Source: Ginglymostoma cirratum (lineage: Eukaryota). From it: a stretch of DNA of 64,000 nucleotides. Location of the stretch: the NCBI GenBank assembly GCA_024137785.1, contig JAHRHZ010000087.1, forward strand, positions 9,953,385-10,017,384, read 5' to 3'. Shown piece after piece: positions 1 to 11,877 of the stretch. The notes beneath the pieces were generated by a model. It saw nothing but the letters and a program-made list of their open reading frames with translations. It made no database searches and was not told the origin of the DNA. Every line of letters starts with the position of its first letter. Position 1 is the first letter of the stretch. The translations under genes were made by a program, and so were the position numbers.

Positions 1-115
1 CTTGGGCAGTGTCCTTGGCCAAATCATCTTCAGCTGCTTCATTAATGAAATTCCCATGATTATAAAAGGCTAGAAGTAGGGCTAATCACGTATGACTGCA
101 GCATCAGTTGCATTT
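1..115 (+). mobile_element. Decayed LINE RT fragment
   Basis: GGCAGTGTCCTTGGCCAAATCATCTTCAGCTGCTTCATTAATGA reads as GSVLG-IIFSCFIN, an RT domain motif. Confidence 0.55.
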
Positions 116-214
116 GCAACTTGCAAATAATGAAAAATCTCAGTGTTAACTATTTAAAATGTTGATAGAAATATTTGCTGTTTTTCTGTTTCCAGTTAGC
201 TTTCTCTCATGTTA

Positions 215-390
215 GCCTAGAGACCCAGGTAATGTTCTGGAGACCCTCACTGGAATCATGCCACGGCAGATGGTGGAATTAAAATTTAATTTAAAAAAGG
301 AATTGGAATTAAGAGTCAACTGATGACCATGAAATCATAGCCAATTGTCATGAAAAACCTACATAGACCAGACTGAGTAAGGATGGCAAT
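215..390 (+). mobile_element. tRNA-derived SINE fragment (same family as 60975-61346)
   Basis: agagacccaggtaatgttctgg...ggaattaagagtc...gaccatgaa is the reverse complement of 61190-61305. Confidence 0.7.
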
Positions 391-964
391 GTGTGCACGC
401 ACATACACGCATATCTACTGCATATTCTGAAATATTCCCTCAAATGTCCACAACTTCAAAATGAGTAAAAGATAATTCAAAACCAGACAGACTGGATTTT
501 TTGTGATTACAATGGTAACAACAAACCGATAATATCTCTCACTCAACAGCAAGTCATTTCCTTGCTGATTGTGTCTCAAATCGCAAACTCTACTAGAGCG
601 TGCAAGCGGGACTGAATGCTCTCATATGTATCAGCCCAAGTTTGAGTATTAGCATGCAGTGAAGGTCACGTTGAATACAAGACCCTCTCTCAGTCAGTGG
701 TAGAAGTCAGCTGACTAGCAATCAGACTAGCCGTAACAAATAGCCTCACCCAGAGTTTGTGTGTAATATCACTTACCAGATACATAAACAGTTTGCTTCT
801 TGGCCCAGAGTGGAGAAAACACCAATTTACAAAGATATTAAGACTCTGTCATTCACCAACTGATCATTTAGATTAGTATAGGAAGGAGCAAGAATTTGAT
901 TGAAGTTTTAACAATTATTAGCAACATGTAATATTATAAAGAAATTCTGTAGGCAAATAGGTTA

Positions 965-1129
<165 letters not shown>

Positions 1130-1384
1130 TTATTGAATCAATGGACAGTTCATGCAACATTCATTAGTACAGGGATTTTAAAAAAGGCACTAAAATTTTA
1201 AATGTATATTTTATCATTCATGTCTCATAAATGTGGGTTGTTGATAAAGCACATGGTGGTAACAACATTCTTGCTGTACAAGATTACCAAACAGAAAATT
1301 TGCAAGTTATCCAATGTAATGCACTCAATATAAAGGGCTGACCTGATACACCTTCACATTTGTTCCATATTTGTCTACTTGCAC

Positions 1385-1710
1385 ATCGCTGACATGGCCA
1401 AAATTAATTGCCTGTCCCTAATTTCCCTGGAAAAGGTGCAAGTGAGCAGCCTTCTTGAAGAACTGCAGTTCATTGTGGTGTTGGTAGACTTCGGTGGGGT
1501 ATTTCAGGATTTTGACCCAACAGCAATAAAGGAATGGAGATATTCTTTTAATACATGACTAACAGAGAATCCTGCATCTCGTGCTTTACCAAGCACTTGT
1601 TGCCTTTATTCTTTTTAGTAGTAGAGGTCATGGATTTGGGCAGTTGTAGTGAAGAAATTCTAATACATTTGCTGGCCTCTGCTATCAGATCAGTTTTGTG
1701 CCAGGTGTAG
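1385..1710 (-). mobile_element. LINE 3' end fragment (family sharing the GGCAATTAGGGATGGGCA tail)
   Basis: Similar to 47000-47310 and to the reverse complement of 12755-12960. Confidence 0.6.
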
Positions 1711-2002
1711 TTGTTTCACTTATCCTTTTATAAACTCCATTTTGTCAACAGAATGGAGACTGTGAAGTTGTCCGAATAATATGATAAAACAGCTCAACTG
1801 CTAACCTTTTTCTAATCTTATTTGGGATAACAGGAGAACAAGTCAGTTCCTATTAAGAATGTTGATGCACTTGTGACAGTCGTAATGTCACTACACATTT
1901 AGTCAAGAGGTTGTGTCTAATGCCCTGGAGGACATGGGTTTCAATCCTATCATGGCAGCTGGTGGCATTTAAATTCTATTAACAACATACAAAATTGAAA
2001 AC

Positions 2003-4349
2003 GTGATGAAGGTTTGTGAAATAGTTTTTTTTTTTGAAAACTTGAATCTTGAAGTGGACAGAACCATGTATAGATTTAAGTCTGATTTGTATTTCTATAT
2101 TAGACCATTAGTCACAGGAGCATAAGTTAGGCCATTTGGCCCATCAAGTCTGCTCTGCCAATCAATAATGGCTGATAAGTTTCTCAACCTCATTCTCCCA
2201 CCCTCTCCCCGTAACCTTTGATTCCCTTAACAATCAAGAAACCTGTCTGTCTTAAATATACAGAATGACCTGGTCTCCACAGCCTTCTGTGGCAATGAAT
2301 TCCATAGATTAACCACTCTCTGGCTGAAGAAGTTTCTACGCATCTCTGTTGTAATGAGTCTTCCCTTTACTCTAAGGCTGTGCCCTTGGGTCCTAGTCTC
2401 TCCTGCTACTGGAAAGATCTTCCCAACATCCACTCTGACCAAGCCATTCATTATTCTGTAAGTTTTAATTAGATTCCCCCCATCCTTCTAAAAACTTCAA
2501 GTGTAGACTCGGTCCTCAAACGTTCCTCATATGTTAAGCCTTTCATTCCTGGGATCATTCTTGTGAACCTCCTCTGGACCCACTCCAGGGCCCATACATC
2601 CTCCCTGAAATATGGGGTCCAAAATATTGCAAATGTGGTCCGACCAGAGCCTTATAAAGCGTCAGAAGTACATCCCTGCTTCTATATCCTAGTCCTATCG
2701 AAACAAATGCCAACATTGTATTTGCCTTCCTAACTGCCGAGTCAACCTGCACGTTTACCTTAACAGAATCCTGGACTACGGCTCACAAGTGCCCTTGTAC
2801 TTCAGATTTCTGAATTTTTTCCCCCATTTAGAAAAGAGTCTATGCCTCTATTCTTCCTACCAAAGTGCAAGATCTAAAACCTTCCCATGCTGTATTCCAT
2901 CTGACACTTCCTTGCCCACTTTTCTCACAAATCTAAATCCTCCTGCAGCCTCCCCACATCCTCAATAGTACTTGTCCTTCCACCTATCTTTGTATCATCT
3001 GTAAACTTAGCCAGAATTCCTTCATCTAGATCATTAGTGTATAAAGTGAAAAGTTGTGGTTCCAATACTGACCCTTGTGGAAAACCACTAGTCCCCAGCT
3101 GCCTGAGAAGGACCCTTTTATCCTCACACTCTGCCAGACAGCCAGTCTTCTACCCATTCTAACATCTGGTCTTTATCACCAGGGGCCCTTATCTCACTCA
3201 ACAGCCTCTTGTGCGGAACCTTATCAAAAGGTCTTCTGGAAGTTCAAGTAGATAACATCCATTGGCTCTCCTTGGTCTAACCTGCTCGATACCTCCTCAA
3301 AGAATTCTAACAGATTTGTCAGGCATGACCTCCCCTTGATGAAACCATGCTGGCATTGCCCTATTTTACCATGCACTTCCAAGTATTCAGAAATCTCATC
3401 TTTTGCAGTGGACTCCAAAATCTTACCAACAACCAAGGTCAGGCTAAGCGGCCTGTAATTTCCTGACTTTTGCTTTACTCCCTTCTTAAACAAAGGGGTT
3501 ATATTACCAACTTTCCAGTTGACATGATATTGTGTGGTTAGAAGAGGAAACGTTTTATTTTCATTTTTCAGTCTGAAGAATGGTGGAGGGATGTCTGGAA
3601 ATGTGTACAGATGCATTTAAGTGAGGCATTTTTAAAATCCTCTTGAGGTGAATAGTTCAGTGCTCCAGAAATAAAGATGGAAGCAAAGAAAACCTACTGC
3701 TGCTTAGCAGGAGTCTGATATCACAGAAATATCTAGTAGCAGTGGTTAACGTACAATGGTGTTATTTGCTTACCAGTCTCCAAAACAGTCAAAGGAAAGG
3801 ACTCCTAGATGGTTTAGAAGTTAGAGAAAGACTCCAGAAACAAAAGGCTTTAAAAAGTGTCAGAGAAGAAAACATCTGACAAGGCTGATGAATGCATGAG
3901 TGTAAGAGAACATATGCTAAGTAGTACGTTTGACGTGCACACATTTCAAAGGTCTCAAAAAAGGACATTAACTAAAGACAATCAACTGACTGTAGATATT
4001 TGCCCAAAAATTACAAGTACAGATGTACACAATCAATAAGGAACTTGTAAATGCAAACAGCATCACTTTTCACGGAGGTTTGAATATCTCAAAGGTTGTT
4101 GTTACGTGTTAAAGGCTTTGACTTTTGTTTTAGATATTTATAAAAACACCACTGTAAAGGGTTCTTACTTTGTGAAGTAAGTTGTATTTTTTTCACTTGT
4201 GTGTAATTAAGTTTAAAACAGTGGAAGCCCCTTGTGACAGAGTTCAGTGAGAGACCAATGATGTAATCAACTGCAGAAATAAAACCAATGGCCTACCAAG
4301 CCTGGCATTGTTCTGGGATCAGTATTACCATTAGCTGGGATCATAAACA
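2003..4349 (+). mobile_element. Probable solo LTR, interrupted by a CR1
   Basis: Fills the gap in the SINE; starts (G)TGATGAAGG and ends GGGATCATAAACA, with AATAAA ~70 nt before the end; no clean TSD. Confidence 0.45.
2101..3519 (-). mobile_element. CR1/HER1-like LINE, 5'-truncated, decayed ORF2
   Basis: ORFs 3224-3616 (NYRPLSLT, QHGFIKGRSCLTNLLEFFE), 2555-2752 and 2227-2451 (RRNFFSQRVVNLWNSLP); CR1 3' UTR at ~2101-2180. Confidence 0.9.
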
Positions 4350-4932
4350 CTAGTCTCAATAATGCTTACCATGAAACTATTGATGTTTGGAGTATAAATC
4401 TCTGGTTCAGTAATGTCCTTTCTGCCATTCTTATCTGGTCTGATTTACATGTGACTCCAGATTCACAACAATATGTGACTGACTCTTAATTGCGCTCTGA
4501 AGTGGTCCAGCAAGGGCAATTTGGGATGGGCAACAATGCTAGCAAAACACACGTACCAAAGGAAAAAAAGCATGCATAAACTCAAGAGAATTAATCGCAT
4601 GCTGACACTTGGTCTAAACAGTCAGTCAGTCACTGCAGCACAGCTAAGTTGCTGAGTAACTTTTTTTGTTGCTGTTGGATGAAATTTAGAACAGTATACT
4701 AGACTAAGAGATTTGAAAATTCAATTAATCAGTATCCTGATTATGCGCAAAAAATCCAACATTCTGGCTGTTCACATATCTAAAATTTATAAAGAACCAT
4801 ATGATTATAGACCCCAAAATTACGTTTTGTTGCAGCTTAAAAAAATACATAATGTGATTCATGTACATGTGCTGACATGAGTCATTAGACAGTCAGCAGA
4901 AGCAGTGGGATTGTTAATTTATTTTTCCTCAC

Positions 4933-4971
4933 CCTGTGCAGAGGGCTCACTAAAGTTTTTGTAAGATTCAC
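4933..4971 (-). CDS. ARFGEF2: Candidate extra cassette exon (39 nt), (S)ESYKNFSEPSAQ(E)
   Basis: ttccag|GT..G|gtgagg; phase 1-1; stop-free and frame-preserving between exons 34 and 35. Confidence 0.55.
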
Positions 4972-5142
4972 CTGGAATTTATACTTATTAATCATTATTG
5001 GAGCAATGCTTTCTATTTGAAGATTATTCATATATGGCTGGAAGAAATAAATACTTTACAACCGTTCAGGAAAATCTTGCTTGGATTTTAAAAGACAAAC
5101 AGAAAACATGGAGCACAAAAAAAAACATTAAAAAAAACTTAC

Positions 5143-5257
5143 TTGCATGTGGTCTATTCTTCCAAGTTTCATCACTAGTGTTAGATACCTGGCTTTGACC
5201 TTTTTCAGAAAGATTTCGCTCTGTACTGCAGACTGATTGACGGTCAACTTCCAAGTC
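5143..5257 (-). CDS. ARFGEF2: ARFGEF2 exon 34 (115 nt), DLEVDRQSVCSTERNLSEKGQSQVSNTSDETWKNRPHA
   Basis: aaag|GAC..A|gtaagt; phase 0-1; aligns by recall to the BIG2-specific linker DVDLDRQSLSS...WKGRPYA. Confidence 0.9.
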
Positions 5258-5380
5258 CTTTAACAATGAGATGCATCATTAAGTCATAACAGAAAAACTA
5301 GCACTTTTTGAAAAAAAAAAGAGAAAAGCAGCCTTTAGGCATTCAGGCCTTTTCATTATTTTGATTCAAATTACACTCAC

Positions 5381-5435
5381 TGAATTCTTCTCAGAAGATT
5401 CTTCTTCCATGCCCGTGGGTCGCCATGCTAAAAGG
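5381..5435 (-). CDS. ARFGEF2: ARFGEF2 exon 33 (55 nt), LLAWRPTGMEEESSEKNS
   Basis: atag|C..TCA|gtgagt; phase 2-0. Confidence 0.92.
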
Positions 5436-5634
5436 CTATATAGTAAATACAAAACAGATAATCATGGTAAGCCTGTAGAGGTGCCATCAGGCCATAATTG
5501 CTTGGGTATATAAAATAAACATGGAACATTCATGCAATGGCTATAGCATTTTTTTCAGTTAAACTTTCAATGTTGAATATGAAAAAGCACACAAACTTTT
5601 ACAGTGCTGTCAATATATGGCAACTTGAACTTAC

Positions 5635-5773
5635 GCATGGGGAATAGTGGTCTTGAAAATGCCCAGCATGCAAGCACACGTTTTATCCCAGACTAAAGGA
5701 CTGAATTTGTGACCAGTGTGTATAACCACATTTTCTAAACAATTTGTTCCTGATCGGGCCAGTTGTTCATTAT
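5635..5773 (-). CDS. ARFGEF2: ARFGEF2 exon 32 (139 nt), [18 protein letters not shown]...IFKTTIPHA
   Basis: ttag|AT..GC|gtaagt; phase 1-2. Confidence 0.95.
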
Positions 5774-6310
5774 CTAAAACGAGATGAAAAGGATCAAGGA
5801 AAAGAAATTAAATCACTTGAAAATTGCAAGAAACAGTTCAATGTATTACATCACCCATTCAAATCAAGTTAAGTTTCAAGGTGTCAAAATACTAAACATT
5901 TACCTTCTCTAGTAGGCAATATTATGCAGTCAGCAAAACTAAAATTTAATTAGGCCAAGGATGGTTTAAGAAAAAAATCTTTGTCCCACTTGTCCCATGA
6001 AAAATAGACAGCTATCTCAGAGGTATTATGAATGGGCACATTGAACTAAAATTTCATTGAAATCACAAGCTGAGACACACATTACTGAAGATTTTCATCC
6101 AGTGATCTGCAGAACAAATACAAGATCATAAAATTCCAAACAAACAACAGCTTATACGGTTCATTCCAAGTACAGTCCGAGAGTCACTGAACTTAGATGG
6201 CAAAGCAGTGATGTAAAACAATGTCAACAGAAGGAGTTTGTTTCTCAAAAAGCCTGTAAGTAGCTCTTTAAGAGCGGTCTCCTTGCCTTAATGCAAGATG
6301 CGCAGTGACT

Positions 6311-6344
6311 CCCCCCACCCCAGCCCCATCAGCCCCCCAACCCC
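6311..6344 (-). other. G-quadruplex-capable motif on the transcribed sense strand
   Basis: Five G tracts of 4-6 nt with loops of 1-5 nt on the minus strand. Confidence 0.6.
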
Positions 6345-6713
6345 GGTGACACTTGCTAGAATCCATTTACATACATGTGGAAGGCAGGGACCTGTTCTAT
6401 GCAATCAAAAGGTGCATGCTCAAGTTTTACACGTTTTGATTTACCCAGGAGGTTTGGAAGTCTTTAATTCTCTGTTGCATTCTCCACAGCAAACCTTGGC
6501 CAATCAATTATTCTCTAGTGTAAATAGCGGTGATTGTTTGAAATTTGGCATTCTTGTATTTATTCTGATGAGTTCAATACACATCACTTTGGCAACATGT
6601 CTCTTTTTCAGCAATATTCAAGTTCCGGACTACCAAGTGACAATTTAAATGGTTCTTAATACATTTTAAAAGTTGACTTGTACATAATTCCTGAATAAAG
6701 ACAAATGGGTTAC

Positions 6714-6849
6714 CTTGCTGTACACACCAATGTAGCTGAGCAAATATATCATCCAATAGGACATGATTTAAAACTTCATAGAATTGGGTAAAAACATCAC
6801 AAATAGCATAAAGTGCATGATTACATGTAGTTGTCATCCATTCGGACTT
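6714..6849 (-). CDS. ARFGEF2: ARFGEF2 exon 31 (136 nt), KSEWMTTTCNHALYAICDVFTQFY...LHWCVQQ
   Basis: acag|AAG..G|gtaacc; phase 0-1. Confidence 0.95.
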
Positions 6850-7527
6850 CTGTGAAGAAACAGATGTAGCATTCAATTGTACGATAGACATACTTTTGTA
6901 AAATGAAATAGTGAAACTTAATAATATAGTTGAGATACTTTTTTAAAAAAAAAAACTATTTTGTCAAGCATATCGCTTATACCAGCAGATAATGGACTGA
7001 ACATGGGGCTCTGAAATTGTGACTGTCAGAACTTGACTGCATAATGTCTTTATCCACTCAGGTTAGCTAATTAGAGTAGATGAAACAAAATCTAAGAGAT
7101 ATTGATAAATACTGCAGTCGCCATGCTTAAATATGCATTTTGGGCAATTTTCAGAAAGAATCCATCATTTGTGAATACAGCAAACAGACTGCAACTTTTA
7201 ATGTTGGAACATTAATTCATTATATGATGCAGAAGGGGGCCATTCATCCCTGTGTGTGCAGACTCCTACAAGCACCATTGCCCTGGAAATATTGTCTCTT
7301 CATTTGTCTAATTCCCTTTTGAAGCTGTTGAATTTATATTCAGGTTGTAAATTCCATGTCATAACAACTTGTTATCAAGTTTATTCCTTTCATTATTCAA
7401 GTTTTCTGGAACAAAGCGCAAGAGCATTTTGACTGGCAGCCTGTCAAAATAATTACTACTTTCAGTTATTCTGCATTCTGTGCAAAGGATCAAATTAAAA
7501 TTTGTACAAATCCTGCTTCTGCCTTAC

Positions 7528-7657
7528 TTCAGTTTGCTGCTCCGGAAGTTTCATGTTATCAAATATCCGAAAGATAATCCTAAATAGATCTTGCCACCAG
7601 TGTTCCTCAAATGTTTGGCCATAGCTTTTAATGATTTCAAACATCACAGTAAGTCCT
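7528..7657 (-). CDS. ARFGEF2: ARFGEF2 exon 30 (130 nt), [43 protein letters not shown]
   Basis: tcag|A..GAA|gtaagg; phase 2-0. Confidence 0.95.
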
Positions 7658-7756
7658 CTGAAAGAGAGATTACATGAAACATGTAACTACAAATCATAGT
7701 TGCAACATATCTACTCTCCAGTTTAAATTAAGGCATTACAATGGAACTGTTTCTTA

Positions 7757-7888
<132 letters not shown>

Positions 7889-7952
7889 CTAACAACATTT
7901 GAAAATTTAATCAGCTAATATAAAATCCATATAATCAAAATATCCTGGTTAC

Positions 7953-8091
7953 AATAAATAAAATCACTAAAAATGACAAATGTTTCGTGTTTATATATGT
8001 ACATTGTGTGAGTTAAGTAAAATTTACTTAACTCACACAATGTACATATATAAACATAAAACATGTATCATTTTTCGTGATTTTATTTATT
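7953..8091. repeat. Near-perfect palindrome, 69-bp arms, 1-nt spacer
   Basis: Arms 7953-8021 and 8023-8091; 64/69 complementary, inner 34 bp perfect. Confidence 0.95.
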
Positions 8092-8319
8092 TCTATGCTG
8101 ATATAGATGGTGGGGGAGGGGACTGAGTACTAAAATACCAGGTCCTAGTGGATTCTTTCTAGGTTTGGTATAAATCTAAGATTCTGTCCAGTAAGGTTAC
8201 TTTCCACATCTAAAATCAAAAGGGAAATAATTTTAGGTTAATTGAAACTTTTAATGCACAGGTTTGTGTATATAGAGCATTGCAGAATTTTTTCCCCTAG
8301 ACCATGGCTCATTCTGGGA

Positions 8320-8535
8320 ATTTTAGTCCACCACTAGATTCCTTCCCAATACCTCTATGTGCCTCAGATTTAAAGTCAATTGTTAAAATCTACCTTTTCG
8401 ATTAAGCTTTCGGTGATCCAGCCCAAAATCTCAGTGTGGCTTTCTACCAAAGTCAAAGTCAATCTAGTATCACTACTGTGACGCTCTTCAAATATTAAAC
8501 CATTTTCAACGAGCATGTAAGTGCAAGTTTCTATT
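8320..8535 (+). mobile_element. L2-like LINE 3' end relic
   Basis: aaaatctaccttttcgattaagctttcggt...tgtgacgctctt...taagtgcaagtt resembles the L2 3' region; similar to 17400-17610. Confidence 0.5.
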
Positions 8536-8874
8536 GACTGAGCTTCTTCATTCAAATCATGGAGGCCTCACACTAAATGATTCAATATATAAATAGACTA
8601 TCACAGGTCTGAACATCAAAAATGCTACTGAATTGATGGATGAAACAGATTTACCGTTTTGTTGCTCATTATTTAGATAATATATCTGCATGTGGCATCT
8701 TTAACATAACTTTGCACAATATCAGTACAATAAATAACATTTCATAATATAAACTCAATATGAAATAATATGATTGATAGCAGCAGTTTAACAATTGACA
8801 TCCGAATAGATTAGTGCAAGCCAGCAATATTGTATTATCGATGTCTCAAGGGTAACATACTTGTATCCGAGTCA

Positions 8875-9232
8875 AGAGCCATAAGTTCAAGTCCCCAGAT
8901 ACAAGTATGGGTAAATTCTCCATTGCTGTACTGAGGAAGTCCTGCATTGTTTGAGATGTAGTCATTTGATTCAGATGTTTAACCGTTTCTCCTCTCTGGA
9001 GAATGTAAACATCTGGTAGGAATCTTTTTTCCCCCCCCAAGGATCAGGGAAACATTGCCTGGTTACCTGGCCAACAAAATCTCAAACAAATTATCTGGTA
9101 ATAATTACACTGTTTTTATGAAATCTTACTTTACACAAATTTGCTGTGAAAATTTCTGTAGCACTAAATAGAAAGCTGTTTGGAATGTCTTTAGATCATG
9201 AACGATCCAAAATAAAATAGAGTCTCTCATTC
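8875..9232 (+). mobile_element. Deu-type SINE relic (SacSINE1/AmnSINE-like)
   Basis: Recalled Deu-domain landmarks in order: gtactgaggaagtcctgcattgt, gatgtttaaccg, cctggccaac, attatctggt, tttggaatgtc. Confidence 0.55.
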
Positions 9233-9256
9233 TTTTTTAAATTGGTATTAACTCAC

Positions 9257-9417
9257 TTGTGGTCGCTCAGATACATATGTTGCACAGTGTCGAATAAGTC
9301 GGATAGCCTCCATGCAGGTGTCAGGAAATGCAGCATTACAAGCAAACTCCGCCAAACATTTCACAGCATCCTGGAATGAATCAATGGCTGCTGCAAAGTG
9401 CTTCTTAAAAACATCCA
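9257..9417 (-). CDS. ARFGEF2: ARFGEF2 exon 28 (161 nt), [27 protein letters not shown]...SERPQ
   Basis: ttag|TG..CAA|gtgagt; phase 1-0. Confidence 0.95.
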
Positions 9418-9725
9418 CTAAGAGAGAAACAATCAGAAGAATAATTGATTACTCATTGTCTAAATTAGACTAGACACACTATAGCCGTCAACAGATTTCA
9501 ACCACAAAGAGTGCCACAACTAATTGACAATTTTCAGTTCTATTTTCATCTATTAAAACATTTTCAGATATTAAATTAAATTGTGCCACTTACTTTAAAT
9601 TTTTAATGCACTATGATTTAAGATATATATACAAATTTATACAGTGAGACTTAACTAAATTAATTCTCTAGAAAAGGAGTTCCAACAAAACTTGTACTAT
9701 AGCATTTAACAGAGAAAACAATTAC

Positions 9726-9898
9726 AGATAATGTGCCCAGTAGTCTGGAACGCCAACTCCACAATCGGTTCATCGTGGTCCGAAGCAGCTTGGTGGAATA
9801 CGGAGAAAATATTTTTCCATCCTGAACGAATATTTGAAGCCTGTGAATTTACCATCTGTGCAATGCACCGAATGACCATGTCCTTTATCGTTGGTGAC
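9726..9898 (-). CDS. ARFGEF2: ARFGEF2 exon 27 (173 nt), [31 protein letters not shown]...TTGHII
   Basis: tcag|G..T|gtaatt; phase 2-1. Confidence 0.95.
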
Positions 9899-11182
9899 CT
9901 GAGCACACATTAAGCAAACATATTTGCTTTTGCATTATAAATTTAAGTTCTGTTGCTAAGCTTCTGATAAATTTGCTGAAAATAATTACGTACTCATACA
10001 CTTGCAATGAATCTCTCCATTCCAATTACTTGTGCTGAAATGTGCAAATACAGTTCTGCAGACCAGAAAATAAATTCTAACTATTACAGATCTGAAAGGC
10101 TAAAATAGTCAAATTTTATTTTCTCATAAATGTAGTTTTGCATTTAACATAAATTACACTATATGTAGATCCAAAATGGATTATGAAGAATTTGAAATTT
10201 TGTTTGACAGATGTAATTTTAAAAAATCCTATTTTGGGATTCTCATATAATCAGTTCCATATATTTGAATCAAGGATACTTCAAACATGCTGTGACTTGC
10301 CCATCTTTGACAGTTATTGAAGGATACAAATTTTGAAATAAATCAACGAGGGACAAGGAATGAAAATCACTAAGATAGGGTGAACATTTCAAAACTTGTT
10401 TAACTTGCTCAAATAAAAAAAAACAAAAAAAAAAACTTATATCCTGGGATAAAGTAACATTTTTAGCTCCTTTATGATAGAGTACTTTGATTGCTGATGT
10501 AATTAGAACTGACAACTATTTCTTTTGGTCTGAGTTGTCCACAGCTTTTGGCATAACTAATTCATTCCATCCACACGTACCCGACTTAGCGCACCTTCAT
10601 GATAATATCACCCTAACTTCCTTTGCATTCCTACCTGATCTAAAAACTTGTCAGCATCTCTCCAGTGGTTTTTCCTTTCCGTCAGAATTGAGAGAGTGCT
10701 AAAGTTGTCTTTGGCCTGTTGCTTTCATCTATACAGTCCCATTCCACAGTATATCTAAAAATGAGGTCATTTTCTACCAGGTAGATGCTGATATTATCCA
10801 CCTTTATTGTTTTCCCACCATCTCCCACTTCAAAAAAACTGCTGCTATATGAGCTAACTGCCTTAGAAATTAACTGGAACCAACAACTTCATATCAGGAC
10901 TGAACCACTCCTTTCCTTTGTTGCTTGCTCAAGCACAACTGCACAGAGCAACATTTTTGAGCCCAGCTTGAACCCTAACACTGAACCACTACTAGAATTG
11001 ACTAGTGCAGTGCTGAGGAAACAATGCATTCTGGCAACTTCAATACAAGTGGAAAGGTGATACTGGAGCAGCAATAACCCATGCATGTACCTTCAATACA
11101 GAAAATTATACTGGACTTCGCAACTAGCAAAAACAATGCATCTTCAATAACTTCCTTGTAAAAATTACTGGTGTCTGACCTA

Positions 11183-11482
<300 letters not shown>

Positions 11483-11664
11483 TTACGAGCAACAGAAACT
11501 TGTGCTTTTGAGAGAGAACAGTTAGCACATCCACTAAGTTCTTCATGTATTTAATAGCTTCTTCCAAAAATACATGCAAAACATGTTAGTCAAAAGGCAC
11601 AAATGTTTGTATGAACGTTGGACCTTAGCCAAATGAGAAACTTATTCAGAAAAGGCAAAAATCA

Positions 11665-11877
<213 letters not shown>

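Larger units (their letters stand above)
1870..4570 (+). mobile_element. tRNA-derived SINE split in two (head ~1870-2002, body/tail ~4350-4570)
   Basis: Both parts are collinear with the intact copy at 60975-61346; B-box-like GGTTTCAATCC in the head; tail GGCAATTTGGGATGGGCAACAATGCT. Confidence 0.65.

Noticed and set aside
540-740. Possible intronic snoRNA or structured ncRNA
   Set aside because: No convincing C/D or H/ACA box arrangement with terminal stem on the minus strand.
9731-9913. Plus-strand ORFs overlapping exons (also 11244-11468, 18691-18918, 22103-22318, 34007-34219)
   Set aside because: Antisense shadows of ARFGEF2 coding exons.
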